This document shows positions 18,725 to 27,940 of a DNA stretch of 51,250 nucleotides, piece after piece. The stretch lies in the NCBI GenBank assembly GCA_030432155.1, contig JAUIHQ010000002.1, positions 1 through 51,250 on the forward strand, in the 5' to 3' direction. Under the pieces are notes generated by a model. The model ran no database searches, was not told the origin of the DNA, and worked only from the letters and a program-made list of their open reading frames with translations. This stretch comes from a bacterium. Its GTDB lineage: Bacteria; Verrucomicrobiota; Kiritimatiellia; CAIVKH01. Made by a program: the position numbers and the translations under genes. The stretch's first letter is position 1. Each line of letters starts with the position of its first letter.

Positions 18725-19780
18725 CTACCCGCCCGCCACCAGGGTCGGCTCAATCAGGATACGTTCGACCCGGGCATTGCGGTTGGTCAATCGCCACAGC
18801 AATTGATCGACGCCCCGGCGACCGATTGCAGTGGCGTGAATATCGATCTCCGCAGGACGGGGATGAAGGGACGATACGAGGATCTCTTCATTGTTACAGG
18901 ATACGACATCGATATCGCGGCCGGGATGGATCCCTTGCTCGACGAGGATCGGATACACCGCCGCGGCGAGCAGATCCGAGTTTACGAACAATCCGGTCGG
19001 ACGCACAGGCGAGTCAGCCATGGTTCGAACCAGTGCCTCAAGACTTGACCGGTTCACCCGGTTGTATTGGGCTGTGGCTTCGATCAAATCCGGATCGGTG
19101 AGCAGGATGGCATCTCCGCCCGCACGCTTCATGACCGAGGCAAAGTCTGCACCCCGGTATTCGTGACGCGCTTGCGCAGGTGTGCTGATGTGCGCGCAGC
19201 ACGTATGCCCGCGATCCAACAGATAGCGTGCCGCCAGCTCACCGATGACCCGGTTGTTGTAGGTAACATGATCACATCCCTCGAGCATGTCCGACGTCCC
19301 CATCACCCGAACACACGGCAACGCACCCAGCGATCCGCTTTCCATGATTTCCTTTATTCGTCCGAATATGATGACGCCATCAACCTCACGCTTCAACATG
19401 GCGGACCGCAATTGATGGAGTCCGTCGATGTAGCTGAGCATCAGGCCGAATCCATGATCGGCAAGCGCCGTCTCGATCCCCTGGAGAACCTCCGCATACA
19501 CTGGAGCGCGCAATTGGCCCCGGGAGATTCCGTAAATCAGCAGTGCAACCCTTCGCTTGCGCCTCTCCCGGGGTCGATTCAACCTTGGCCCCCGCCGACG
19601 ATTCGGCGGCTGAGGCTCATAGCCGATTTTCGCCATCGCCGCCCGCACCGCTCCCACCGTTCGCGGTTTGACTCCGGCACGGTTGTTAATCACGCGGGAT
19701 ACCGTCGCGACCGAAACGCCCGCTTCACGGGCTACCGTGTAAATGGATTGATGCTCTGTTGTTGCTGTCGTGTCGTTCAT
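18725..19780 (-). CDS. LacI-family transcriptional regulator.
   Basis: ATG 19780. HTH IYTVAREAGVSVATVSRVINN, followed by a periplasmic-binding-protein-like sugar-binding fold. Confidence 0.88.
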   Translation of the reverse strand: MNDTTATTEHQSIYTVAREAGVSVATVSRVINNRAGVKPRTVGAVRAAMAKIGYEPQPPNRRRGPRLNRPRERRKRRVALLIYGISRGQLRAPVYAEVLQGIETALADHGFGLMLSYIDGLHQLRSAMLKREVDGVIIFGRIKEIMESGSLGALPCVRVMGTSDMLEGCDHVTYNNRVIGELAARYLLDRGHTCCAHISTPAQARHEYRGADFASVMKRAGGDAILLTDPDLIEATAQYNRVNRSSLEALVRTMADSPVRPTGLFVNSDLLAAAVYPILVEQGIHPGRDIDVVSCNNEEILVSSLHPRPAEIDIHATAIGRRGVDQLLWRLTNRNARVERILIEPTLVAGG

Positions 19781-19832
19781 GAATCGCCTTCCTGCCATGT
19801 GACAGAATGAAAAGCGGGGGATAGATTGTCAA

Positions 19833-19850
19833 TGTAATAATTATATTACA
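19833..19850. promoter_or_regulatory. Candidate operator palindrome TGTAATA-ATTA-TATTACA in the LacI/AraC divergent region.
   Basis: Perfect 7-bp inverted arms, 53 bp upstream of the LacI start, inside a strongly AT-rich stretch. Confidence 0.4.
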
Positions 19851-19871
19851 AAATAGATATATCGTTTTATC

Positions 19872-19885
19872 CCTTTATATAAAGG
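19872..19885. promoter_or_regulatory. Perfect 14-bp palindrome CCTTTATATAAAGG.
   Basis: Self-complementary 14-mer in the same AT-rich divergent region. Confidence 0.35.
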
Positions 19886-20059
19886 TGTTTATGTATTAAA
19901 TATTCTTCTTTATATTTTCTTATGAAAAGTAATTAATACTTGATCTTCCGTCGGCCGTCGCCGATAGTATCTCCATCTCATACGCGGCATGGATGCCCTG
20001 TGCCCGTGAGACATGTTCAAAGGCGGGTGACGGTGAAACAAAACCATCCGAACACGGTT

Positions 20060-21016
20060 ATGAGCAGAGAAACGGTCGGGAGCAGTGCGAAGCCCGGTGA
20101 TCCCAGCATCCTGCAACAGCTTATGGACGTGCTGATGGCGGATTCACGTTTCAGCCTCCGGTTCGAGGATCTTTCCGGTATTTGCCAGGACATCGAGACG
20201 CTTCATCTTCCGGCCGTCTACCACAGTCACAATTCGTCGTTCTGTGAGCTGGCCCGCATCGACAAACGTGATCAGGGGCGTTCCCGCTGTCAGAGAAACC
20301 GCGATGCCATCAACCGTCTGGCCGCGCGCCGGCGCGAGCCGTTTATCGGCCGCTGTCATCTCGGACTGACCGAAATCGTGTATCCGCTTCTGATCGATGG
20401 CATCCTGCTCGGCGTCTTTCTGTGCGGATCGGTTGTTCTTCGCGGAACCGAGGAATCCAGTCGCGAACGTATTCGCCGTCACGCGATCCGTACCGGCACA
20501 TGCCCTTCGCGCTGGCTGGAAGCGCTGGGCGACTGTCCGCATGTAACCCAGACCGAGTTGTCCGGCGTCATGTCGAGGCTGGAGGTACTGGCGAGGATCA
20601 CGAAAACCCTGGTCCAGGCATCCGGGTATCCGATTCGAAATTATCGTCCCTATGCCTCGCAACGGGTGATGGAGAAGAGGCGCCAACAGCCGGCGATCGT
20701 GCGGATGGCGCGATGGCACATTGCCCGCCATCTCAATGAACCGCTCACCGTGCGAATTGTTGCCGAGTGGATGAGATGCCATCCGGATTATCTGAGCCGG
20801 AAGTTCAAGGAGTGTGAAGGAATCAGTCTGCATGAGTACATCATTCACGCCCGGCTGAATCGAGCCCGGCAGATGCTGCGCAGTTCGGATTGCGATGTCG
20901 GGCAGATCGGCTTCGAAACCGGCTTTCGCAGTCACAGCCACTTCACAAAGGTTTTCCGTCTACACGTCGGCATGACCCCCAGCGACTACCGGGATCAGCT
21001 TGCCTCGGTCGGCTGA
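20060..21016 (+). CDS. AraC-family regulator with a PocR-like sensory domain.
   Basis: The Cys-rich N-terminal domain (FCELARIDKRDQGRSRCQRN...IGRCHLGLTEIVYPLLIDGILLGVFLCG) resembles PocR. C-terminal AraC HTH: HPDYLSRKFKE...GFRSHSHFTKVFRLHVGMTPSDYR. Confidence 0.8.
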   Translation: MSRETVGSSAKPGDPSILQQLMDVLMADSRFSLRFEDLSGICQDIETLHLPAVYHSHNSSFCELARIDKRDQGRSRCQRNRDAINRLAARRREPFIGRCHLGLTEIVYPLLIDGILLGVFLCGSVVLRGTEESSRERIRRHAIRTGTCPSRWLEALGDCPHVTQTELSGVMSRLEVLARITKTLVQASGYPIRNYRPYASQRVMEKRRQQPAIVRMARWHIARHLNEPLTVRIVAEWMRCHPDYLSRKFKECEGISLHEYIIHARLNRARQMLRSSDCDVGQIGFETGFRSHSHFTKVFRLHVGMTPSDYRDQLASVG

Positions 21017-21037
21017 GTTGAGCCTATACATTATCCC

Positions 21038-21056
21038 GTACGATCGTTGATCGTAC
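21038..21056. terminator. Hairpin between the convergent AraC and VOC genes.
   Basis: GTACGATC-GTT-GATCGTAC, a perfect 8-bp stem with no U-tract. Confidence 0.3.
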
Positions 21057-21072
21057 CGGTCGGTGAACCCGG

Positions 21073-21486
21073 TTACGATACATAGTCACTCTTGTATTCA
21101 TCGGTTGGTTCAAACGACTGGACGATGTCCAGGTACAGCCCGTTGGGATCCTGGATACAGAAGTGCCGCTGACCCCAATCCTCGGATCGCAACGCAAGCA
21201 CGATGGGGAGCGATTTTGATGTCGCCGCTTCGTATGCCGCGTCCGCATCGTCCACTTCCAGGCTCAAAATGACCCCTTTTCCGGAAAAGGCGTTCTGAAA
21301 GATGGGGGGCTGTGTGGGCTGTTCCGGCAGCATGAAACCAACCTGCACACCGGATTTCGTGAGGAGGTGAAGGTACCAGTCACCCGAGAATACGACATCG
21401 AAACCCAGATGTTCCGTGTAGAATGTTTTCGCGGCTTCGAGATCCTTGACGATACATACCGGAAACGAGCTTTTGGGTTGGATCAT
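21073..21486 (-). CDS. VOC (glyoxalase/bleomycin-resistance) family protein.
   Basis: 137 aa. DLEAAKTFYTEHLGFDVVF...LEVDDADAAYE...WGQRHFCIQDPNGLYLDIV, typical of the VOC fold. Confidence 0.8.
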   Translation of the reverse strand: MIQPKSSFPVCIVKDLEAAKTFYTEHLGFDVVFSGDWYLHLLTKSGVQVGFMLPEQPTQPPIFQNAFSGKGVILSLEVDDADAAYEAATSKSLPIVLALRSEDWGQRHFCIQDPNGLYLDIVQSFEPTDEYKSDYVS

Positions 21487-21502
21487 GTGCAGTACCTCGT
21501 GA

Positions 21503-22360
21503 TTATGGGGTGTGATTCGTCGGTTCGGGCAGACCCTCCGCCGGCGGGCCGAGATGCCGATGGAGAAAGGTTCGGATTTCGGTCAGGTAGGCGGGCGTTT
21601 CGGACCAGCTTGACTCGTCGTGGTCGCCGCGGAGGCTGACGAAGGATTTGGGCTCGGGGGCCGCGCGATAGAGCATCATGCCGAGATCGAAGGGAATCAG
21701 CTTGTCGTCGATGCTGTGGGAGAAAAGTTTGGGAATGGAGACGGATCCGATTTTGGCCAGGGAATCGAACCGGTAGCGAAGCAGCCGGCCGACGGGCAAC
21801 CGCGGATACCAGCGGCGGCCGAGAATCAGGGAGGACGGAAAGGTACATTCGAGAATCAATCCCCTGAGCGGCTTATCCAGCGCAAGCTGAACCGCGACCG
21901 CCCCGCCGAGAGACGCCCCGTAGGCCACCACCGGCGGTTTGTCGTCATCGGCGTATTTCGAGCGGACAACCTCGTAGGCCGCCCTCGCATCCCGGTAGAT
22001 TCCCTTCTCCGATGGGCGGCCGCGGCTCCGACCGTATCCCCGATAATCGAAGATGAACACGTTCACCCCCTGACCCTGAAGGTCCGCGGCGAGATCCACC
22101 CGGTCGCTGATGTTCTGGGCATTGCCGTGACAATACAGGAGGGTTCCCGCGGCGCCGGGATACGGAATCCACCAACCGTGCAGCCGGCAGCCGTCCTCGG
22201 CCACGAAATCCACCTCATCATACTCCAGCCCGCGGTCGGCGGGTGTTCCGCTCATGGTCCGGGAGGGACGAAAGGCATGACTCCACTCGAACCAGCGCGA
22301 CCACACGATGAATCCGGCCGCAGCGAGAGCAGACAGTGCGATGAGCATGTTCGCACTCAT
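21503..22360 (-). CDS. Alpha/beta hydrolase (ABHD12/13-like), membrane-anchored.
   Basis: N-terminal TM, HGNAQN, nucleophile elbow GASLGG, C-terminal D...H. ATGA overlap with the upstream M24 gene. Confidence 0.85.
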   Translation of the reverse strand: MSANMLIALSALAAAGFIVWSRWFEWSHAFRPSRTMSGTPADRGLEYDEVDFVAEDGCRLHGWWIPYPGAAGTLLYCHGNAQNISDRVDLAADLQGQGVNVFIFDYRGYGRSRGRPSEKGIYRDARAAYEVVRSKYADDDKPPVVAYGASLGGAVAVQLALDKPLRGLILECTFPSSLILGRRWYPRLPVGRLLRYRFDSLAKIGSVSIPKLFSHSIDDKLIPFDLGMMLYRAAPEPKSFVSLRGDHDESSWSETPAYLTEIRTFLHRHLGPPAEGLPEPTNHTP

Positions 22361-23481
22361 CGAATCTCAAAGGTCTTCGGACACGAAGCCAGCACACGGC
22401 AGTTGTTCTTCAACACCACCACGGTATCCTCAATCCGAACCCCGCCGATGTCGGGATCATACAGGCCCGGCTCCACTGTCACCACGTTCCCCCGGGCAAG
22501 TTGATGTGCGGCGAGACTGATCGAAGGGGCCTCATGAATCTCCAGGCCCACGCCGTGACCGGTTCCATGGAAGAAGCCTCGCGGGATTCCGTCGACCACA
22601 CGGGTGGGAAACCCGCAGGTGTCAAAATACTCGCGGATGTATTCATGAATCGCCCAACCTTTGGCCCCGGCCCGGACCATGGTCAGCGCGTCGGCCTGGG
22701 CTTTCTTCACTGCACGATACATCCGCTTCTGATCCGGCGTGGCCCGGCCCTTCACCACCGTGCGGGTGATGTCGCCCCAGTACCCGGTTTTCTGATGATA
22801 GGGAAAAATATCGAGGACGATGGTTTCCCCGGCTCGCAACGGTCCGCTCCCGGTATCGTGGGGATCCGCCGCCTGTTTTCCGCCCGCGATAATGATGCCG
22901 CGGGTCGCGCACTGATGCGACAACAGCTCCACTTCGATTTCATACTTCATCCGTTCCGACGTCAGGATATGACGACCGAGCCGAAGTGTTCCGCCGGAAT
23001 CAATGGTCGAGGCCCGCAGGAGCAGAACGCCTTTCTTCACGGCGGCGGCGGCTGCTCTCTGCACCTCCTCCATGCAGGCAATTTCTTTCCGGGTCTTCAC
23101 CGCGCGCGACGGATACAGAGGGCCGTCCGACACCTCGATCCGGATACCCCGCTTCCGCAGCATGTCCGCAATGGAAATCGGAAACGTCGGCGGGACGGTC
23201 ACACGCCGCAATCCCCGTTGTTTCAGCAGAGCCTTCGCCCACACCCCGACGCTGCGGCCGTCCTTGCGGGTGAGACCAAGCTCTGTCGACAGCAGTACCT
23301 TGACCCGGTGCGACTCCTGTTTCGCCCGTCCGTATTCCAACTCCGGCACCACGAGAAAGCGTCGATTCCCTTCATCTAGAAACACCACCGGATCCACCGG
23401 CATAAACCCGGAAGCATAGCGCATATCCGACGCCTGTTCCGCGCCGGCAATGATGAGTTTGGGTCCTGTTGACTGTTTCAT
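22357..23481 (-). CDS. M24-family Xaa-Pro aminopeptidase.
   Basis: ATG 23481. DIFPYHQKTGYWGDITRT, HGTGHGVGLEIHEAP, VTVEPGLY, VRIEDTVVV. Confidence 0.88.
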   Translation of the reverse strand: MKQSTGPKLIIAGAEQASDMRYASGFMPVDPVVFLDEGNRRFLVVPELEYGRAKQESHRVKVLLSTELGLTRKDGRSVGVWAKALLKQRGLRRVTVPPTFPISIADMLRKRGIRIEVSDGPLYPSRAVKTRKEIACMEEVQRAAAAAVKKGVLLLRASTIDSGGTLRLGRHILTSERMKYEIEVELLSHQCATRGIIIAGGKQAADPHDTGSGPLRAGETIVLDIFPYHQKTGYWGDITRTVVKGRATPDQKRMYRAVKKAQADALTMVRAGAKGWAIHEYIREYFDTCGFPTRVVDGIPRGFFHGTGHGVGLEIHEAPSISLAAHQLARGNVVTVEPGLYDPDIGGVRIEDTVVVLKNNCRVLASCPKTFEIR

Positions 23482-23985
23482 CAGACATCCTTTATGGGGG
23501 TTTCCCTTATGAATCATCCTGTCACGTCGCTATGAACGGGATCAACGAATTCTCCTTATTTTTCGTCTTTGCCGTTCACAAACCGCACACAAACAATACG
23601 TTAATCACGAATACTACATCTTGTGGTTTTTCACCTGATGAAATCTATGCGTGGTAGCCCTCGAAAAAGATTCACCGTTTCTTTTTTTTTCCCTTGTTCG
23701 CACAGCATCCGGTTCCTAGTGTCTGTCCGACACGAGGACGGCAGGTGAACAAACCGGCTGTTGATAAGATGTTAATAACTTGATTTGTACGATGTTGCGC
23801 AAGGAGAAGACCAGACGAATATCACCGGCCCTGATGCCCTGATTGCAAAGGCTTATCACCCGGTTTTTTCTGTTGGTCTCGGCGGCAACGCATGCGCCGG
23901 TTGGTTTCTCGTTCTTCCCCGTGTCTTCCGATGAGTACGAAGCGGAAACAATTTGTTTTTCGAAACAGGGGTTGGACGAACGTTG

Positions 23986-25341
23986 ATGAATGCACAAGCG
24001 GTTTGGAGCAGGGCCTGCCGTCATCTGAAGGACACGCTATCCAAGGATGTCTTTGACCGGTGGATCGGGGTAATTGAAGCGCATGATTGTGATGAGCAGA
24101 ACCGCATGGTGCTGCGGGTCGCCAACAATTTTTACCAGTCCTGGCTGGAGGAAAATTACCTCTCGCTGATTCAGGACGCGGTCCGCGCAGTATCCGAACG
24201 TCCGCTGGAGGTCGCTTTCCACGTCGACCGCAATGCCCAGCTCGAAGAGCCGCCGTCGATGGTGATGACCGAGACCCGGGAGTCTCAGAAAAAGAAGCCG
24301 GCGAAGCAGGCCGCGAAGCCGGCGTTGAATCCCAAGTATATCTTCGACTCGTTTGTCGTCGGCCCGTCGAACAATTTCCCCCATGCCGCCTCGCTCGCGG
24401 TGGCCCAGTCTCCGGGGCGTGCCTACAACCCGCTGTTCCTCTACGGGGGTGTCGGCCTCGGCAAGACCCACCTGATGCAGGCCATCGGCAATCATGTCTA
24501 CCAGCAGCACAAGGCCTGCATCCGGTACGTCTCCTGCGAGCAATTCACGAATGAATACATCGACGCTCTCCAGCGCCAGGCCCTCGTTGAGTTCCGCAAG
24601 AAGTACCGCAGCACGGATGTCCTGCTGATCGACGATATCCAGTTCCTCGCGGGCAAGGAACGGATGCAGGAGGAATTCTTCCATACGTTTAATTCGCTGT
24701 TCGACAGTCACAAACAGATCGTGCTGACCTGCGACCGTCCGGCCAGCGAGATTCCGGGACTGGAGCACCGCCTGGTATCACGATTCGAGTGGGGACTGGT
24801 CACGGAGCTTGAACAGCCGGACGTGGAAACCCGGATCGCGATTCTCCGCAAGAAACAGGAACAGTTGAATGTCCAGGTCGAAGCCTCGGTCATCAATTAC
24901 CTCGCCGAGAACATCCGGGCCAACATCCGCCGCCTCGAGGGCGCGCTGATCCGGGTGGTATCCTACGCCTCCCTGACCGGCAAGCCGGTCACTATCGAAG
25001 TCGTTGACTACCTGCTGCGGGACACCCTGGACCAGGAGCGGCAGACCGCGATCACCATCGAGGAGATCCAGAAGATCGTTTCGGATTACTTCGACATCCG
25101 GATGGGCGACATGGTCAGCAACCGGCGGCCGCAATCGATCGCCTTCCCCCGCCAGGTCGCAATGTACCTCTGCCGCGAGGTCACAAATCAGTCCCTGCCC
25201 ACCATCGGCAATGCCTTCGGCAGGAACCACGCCACCGTGGTGCATGCCTGCAAAACGGTGTCCAAGCGCCTGAAGGATGATGCGACCTTCCGCCAATCGA
25301 TGATGGTCCTCCAGCAGCGCATCGGAAAGCGCTCGTCCTGA
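23986..25341 (+). CDS. dnaA: Chromosomal replication initiator DnaA.
   Basis: NPLFLYGGVGLGKTHLMQAIG, LLIDDIQFLAGKE, NIRRLEGAL, and the C-terminal DNA-binding helix FGRNHATVVHACK. Confidence 0.96.
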   Translation: MNAQAVWSRACRHLKDTLSKDVFDRWIGVIEAHDCDEQNRMVLRVANNFYQSWLEENYLSLIQDAVRAVSERPLEVAFHVDRNAQLEEPPSMVMTETRESQKKKPAKQAAKPALNPKYIFDSFVVGPSNNFPHAASLAVAQSPGRAYNPLFLYGGVGLGKTHLMQAIGNHVYQQHKACIRYVSCEQFTNEYIDALQRQALVEFRKKYRSTDVLLIDDIQFLAGKERMQEEFFHTFNSLFDSHKQIVLTCDRPASEIPGLEHRLVSRFEWGLVTELEQPDVETRIAILRKKQEQLNVQVEASVINYLAENIRANIRRLEGALIRVVSYASLTGKPVTIEVVDYLLRDTLDQERQTAITIEEIQKIVSDYFDIRMGDMVSNRRPQSIAFPRQVAMYLCREVTNQSLPTIGNAFGRNHATVVHACKTVSKRLKDDATFRQSMMVLQQRIGKRSS

Positions 25342-25464
25342 CCCGGCCGATGCACGCCCTGTCTCCTTCTTGCCCGGTTACCCGCACGGTCTGGTTCTCC
25401 GTTGTACCGTTTCAATCCGTCTTGTGTTCGCCGTTGATGAACCCCACAATAACCTGTCAATGGC

Positions 25465-25660
25465 TGTGGACGGATCGTGAATAACTCCGGCCGCTGTGGA
25501 CAACGGAATGTCGCCGACAGAATTGTCCACAGCCGGGACCGGCAGAAAAGAAGCTGTTTGCAGTATGTTTAATCATTGTTGTATCTATCAACAGGACATA
25601 ATAATAAGACGGATTACCCATATAGATACTTCCAGTATTCAGAGGGTTGTTGATAGACCC
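25465..25660. other. Candidate oriC: DnaA-box cluster plus an AT-rich unwinding region in the dnaA-dnaN spacer.
   Basis: TGTGGACGG (25465-25473), TGTGGACAA (25495-25503) and TTGTCCACA (25523-25531), plus weaker CTATCAACA (25585-25593) and TGTTGATAG (25648-25656). About 100 bp of AT-rich sequence lies between them. Confidence 0.6.
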
Positions 25661-25677
25661 GATTGGAGAAGCCATCC

Positions 25678-26769
25678 ATGAAGCTCAAAGTAAACAAAGA
25701 CGTTATCCTCGAAGGTCTCCAGCGCGTGCAGTCCGTGGTCGGCGCCCGCACCACCCTTCCAATCCTCTACAACGTGTATCTCAAGGCCGAGGATGACAAA
25801 CTCTGGCTGACCGCCACCGACCTCGATGTGTCGGTCCGGACCCATATCGCCGCCGATATCTCACGAGCCGGCGGGTCCACCCTCCCGGCGAAACGTGTCT
25901 TCAGCATCTGCAATGCCCTCCCCTCCACGGATATCGAGATCAACATCGACGACAAGGATGTGGCCACGATCAAGGCCGGTTCCTCCCGGTTCAAGATCAT
26001 CGGCATCAGCGAGGATGAGTTCCCCCCGCTGCCCAAGTTCGCCGGCGACAAAACCTACACCCTCGACCAGGGCGTGTTCCGCAACATGCTTTCCAACGTG
26101 TCCTACGCCGCCTCGACCGATGAAAGCCGGTACGTCCTCAACGGCGTGCTTCTGAGTTTCAAGGAAGACAAGTTGACGGTCGTGGCTACGGATGGCCGAA
26201 GGATGGCTCTGTATGAGCAGGACGTGGAGTTTCCGGCCGAGTTGCAGGGAGACTACGTCGTGCCGAGCAAGACCGTTCAGGAGCTTCTGAAGACGCTGGA
26301 CAGCGAGGGAAGCCTGAAAGTCATGGTCAGCGAAAACCAGATCGCCTTTGAGTTTGATTCCATGCTGATCATCTCGAAGCTGATCGAGGGTACCTTCCCC
26401 AATTTCCGCCAGGTGATCCCGTCGCAATGCGAGGAGCGGGTGAACGTGGAGCGGGAACAGCTTCTGACCGCGATCAAGCGTGTGGCCCTGGTCAGCGACA
26501 AAACCACCTCGGTCACGCTCGGGTTCTCCAAAAACCACCTCGAGCTGGTGGCGGTGGCCCCGGACGTCGGCGAAGCCACGGAAACCATTGCCGTCAAATA
26601 CACCGGCAAGGAACTGCAGATTTCCTTCAACCCCGAATTTCTCGTGGACAGCCTCCGCAGCCTGACCAACGACGAAATCGCCCTGGAGTTGACCGACAAC
26701 CTCAGCCCCGCCGTCCTCAAAACCGACGCCCCCTTCCTCTACGTGCTGATGCCGATGCGGGTGCGGTGA
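25678..26769 (+). CDS. dnaN: DNA polymerase III beta sliding clamp.
   Basis: GGAGAAG RBS, then MKLKVNKDVILEGLQRVQSVVGARTTLPIL...; about 364 aa, adjacent to dnaA. Confidence 0.95.
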   Translation: MKLKVNKDVILEGLQRVQSVVGARTTLPILYNVYLKAEDDKLWLTATDLDVSVRTHIAADISRAGGSTLPAKRVFSICNALPSTDIEINIDDKDVATIKAGSSRFKIIGISEDEFPPLPKFAGDKTYTLDQGVFRNMLSNVSYAASTDESRYVLNGVLLSFKEDKLTVVATDGRRMALYEQDVEFPAELQGDYVVPSKTVQELLKTLDSEGSLKVMVSENQIAFEFDSMLIISKLIEGTFPNFRQVIPSQCEERVNVEREQLLTAIKRVALVSDKTTSVTLGFSKNHLELVAVAPDVGEATETIAVKYTGKELQISFNPEFLVDSLRSLTNDEIALELTDNLSPAVLKTDAPFLYVLMPMRVR

Positions 26770-26805
26770 CGCGAAAAGCTCCGTCGGAAATTCAGGAATT
26801 CCCCC

Positions 26806-26843
26806 GTTGAACGTTCAACGTTGAACGTTGTGCGTTGAACGTT
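26806..26843. repeat. Three copies of GTTGAACGTT at 14-bp period, followed by a T-run; likely a bidirectional terminator or structured element.
   Basis: Copies at 26806-26815, 26820-26829 and 26834-26843. Contains the perfect 16-bp palindrome CGTTGAACGTTCAACG. Lies between the convergent dnaN and queE. Confidence 0.6.
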
Positions 26844-26847
26844 TTTC

Positions 26848-27645
26848 CTAAAGCGCTCCCATCGCTTTGTGCAACTGGGGGATGATCCGGATGTCGGTCA
26901 GGTTTTCCGCCAGCCGGGCCTGCCAATCGAAGAGTTGACGCAGGGTCGGCGGGTTGTCGGCTTCGCCGAACGGGGTCAGGGGCTGGAGGATGACCGGAAT
27001 GGAGGGGTCGATGGCGGCCACGATGGCTGCCGCCTGATCAAGTTCACGGTCCGGGGTGTCGGCGGAGACGACCGCTTTCACGAAAACATCCTTCCCTGCA
27101 TCCCTGCACCGCTTCAGGAAATGACGGTGTCCTCCCCACGCGCTTTCGTTGCCGGTGGCGCCCGGCAGTTTGATATCCATGGCGACGATATCGACATGTG
27201 CGATCACCTTGTCGAGTTCGTGGTAGAGATCCCCCGAGGTTTCAAGGTACGTCCGGAAACCTGCGCGCTTCAAACCGGGCAGCACCCCGGCAAGAAATCC
27301 GGTCTGCATCAGCGGCTCTCCCCCGGTCAGGACGATGGAATGATGCAGGCCCCGGGGATGATCAAAGTCCCGGACCAGCTTCACCAACTCATCCGCGGTC
27401 AATGGATTGCTGCGGGTCTCGCGGTCATACCCGGCGCCCGCTTGTTTCTCGATGCGAAAGGAATCCGGCCGGAAGCCGGCAGGCTGCCAGGCGGTTACGG
27501 TCTCGGGGGTGTCGCAATACCGGCAGCGGCGGTGGCAGCCGTAGAGCCGGATGAAAAGCTGTCGGCACCCGGCATACGGGCCCTCGCCCTGCACCGAGCT
27601 GAACACCTCGGTCAGGTAGCCGCTGATCTGGTTGGATGAGGTCAT
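26848..27645 (-). CDS. queE: Radical SAM 7-carboxy-7-deazaguanine synthase-like protein.
   Basis: ATG 27645. EVFSSVQGEGPYAGCRQLFIRLYGCHRRCRYCDTPE (QueE-type N-terminus with CxxxCxxC). The ORF-track extension to 27813 is unsupported. Confidence 0.75.
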   Translation of the reverse strand: MTSSNQISGYLTEVFSSVQGEGPYAGCRQLFIRLYGCHRRCRYCDTPETVTAWQPAGFRPDSFRIEKQAGAGYDRETRSNPLTADELVKLVRDFDHPRGLHHSIVLTGGEPLMQTGFLAGVLPGLKRAGFRTYLETSGDLYHELDKVIAHVDIVAMDIKLPGATGNESAWGGHRHFLKRCRDAGKDVFVKAVVSADTPDRELDQAAAIVAAIDPSIPVILQPLTPFGEADNPPTLRQLFDWQARLAENLTDIRIIPQLHKAMGAL

Positions 27646-27726
27646 GGCGGGCATACAGTAGCGGGAATCCGCGGACCGCGCCACCCTCGCGGAAGGAAAA
27701 AGAATTAAGTCGTCCATTCCCCAACG

Positions 27727-27857
27727 GATCCCCTCCCCCGGAGGGGTGCCCGAAGGGCGGGGTGGGTTTGGTGTTGGTGATACGATGCCCGTTATACGTG
27801 ACCCACGACCCACCCCGTCTCCGCTGTCGCGGATCCACCCCTCCGGGGGAGGGGATC
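27727..27857. repeat. Large imperfect inverted repeat (REP-like / structured element).
   Basis: GATCCCCTCCCCCGGAGGGGTG (27727-27748) is the exact reverse complement of 27836-27857. Inner arms are GGGGTGGGT and ACCCACCCC. Each outer arm is itself a hairpin, CCCCTCC-CCC-GGAGGGG. Confidence 0.7.
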
Positions 27858-27940
27858 GGATTGTTGTGTGGAATCACGTGCTGCAGTCGCCCGGAACTTT
27901 TCCTTGCCTTGATCCGTGTCGGATTGAAGCATGGTGCGTG

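Noticed and set aside
23518-23985. oriC upstream of dnaA.
   Set aside because: Only one near-consensus DnaA box (23759-23767) was seen there. The dnaA-dnaN spacer has a much denser cluster plus an AT-rich stretch.
23716-24024. 102-aa minus-strand ORF in the dnaA upstream region.
   Set aside because: It overlaps the dnaA start, has no RBS or motifs, and the region is better explained as the dnaA promoter/leader.
27746-27940. N-terminal extensions of the C39-like ORF (from 27746) and of queE (to 27813).
   Set aside because: Both extensions translate the palindromic element (PPGEG/SGGG-type low complexity). Genuine signal-peptide and QueE N-termini start at 27941 and 27645.
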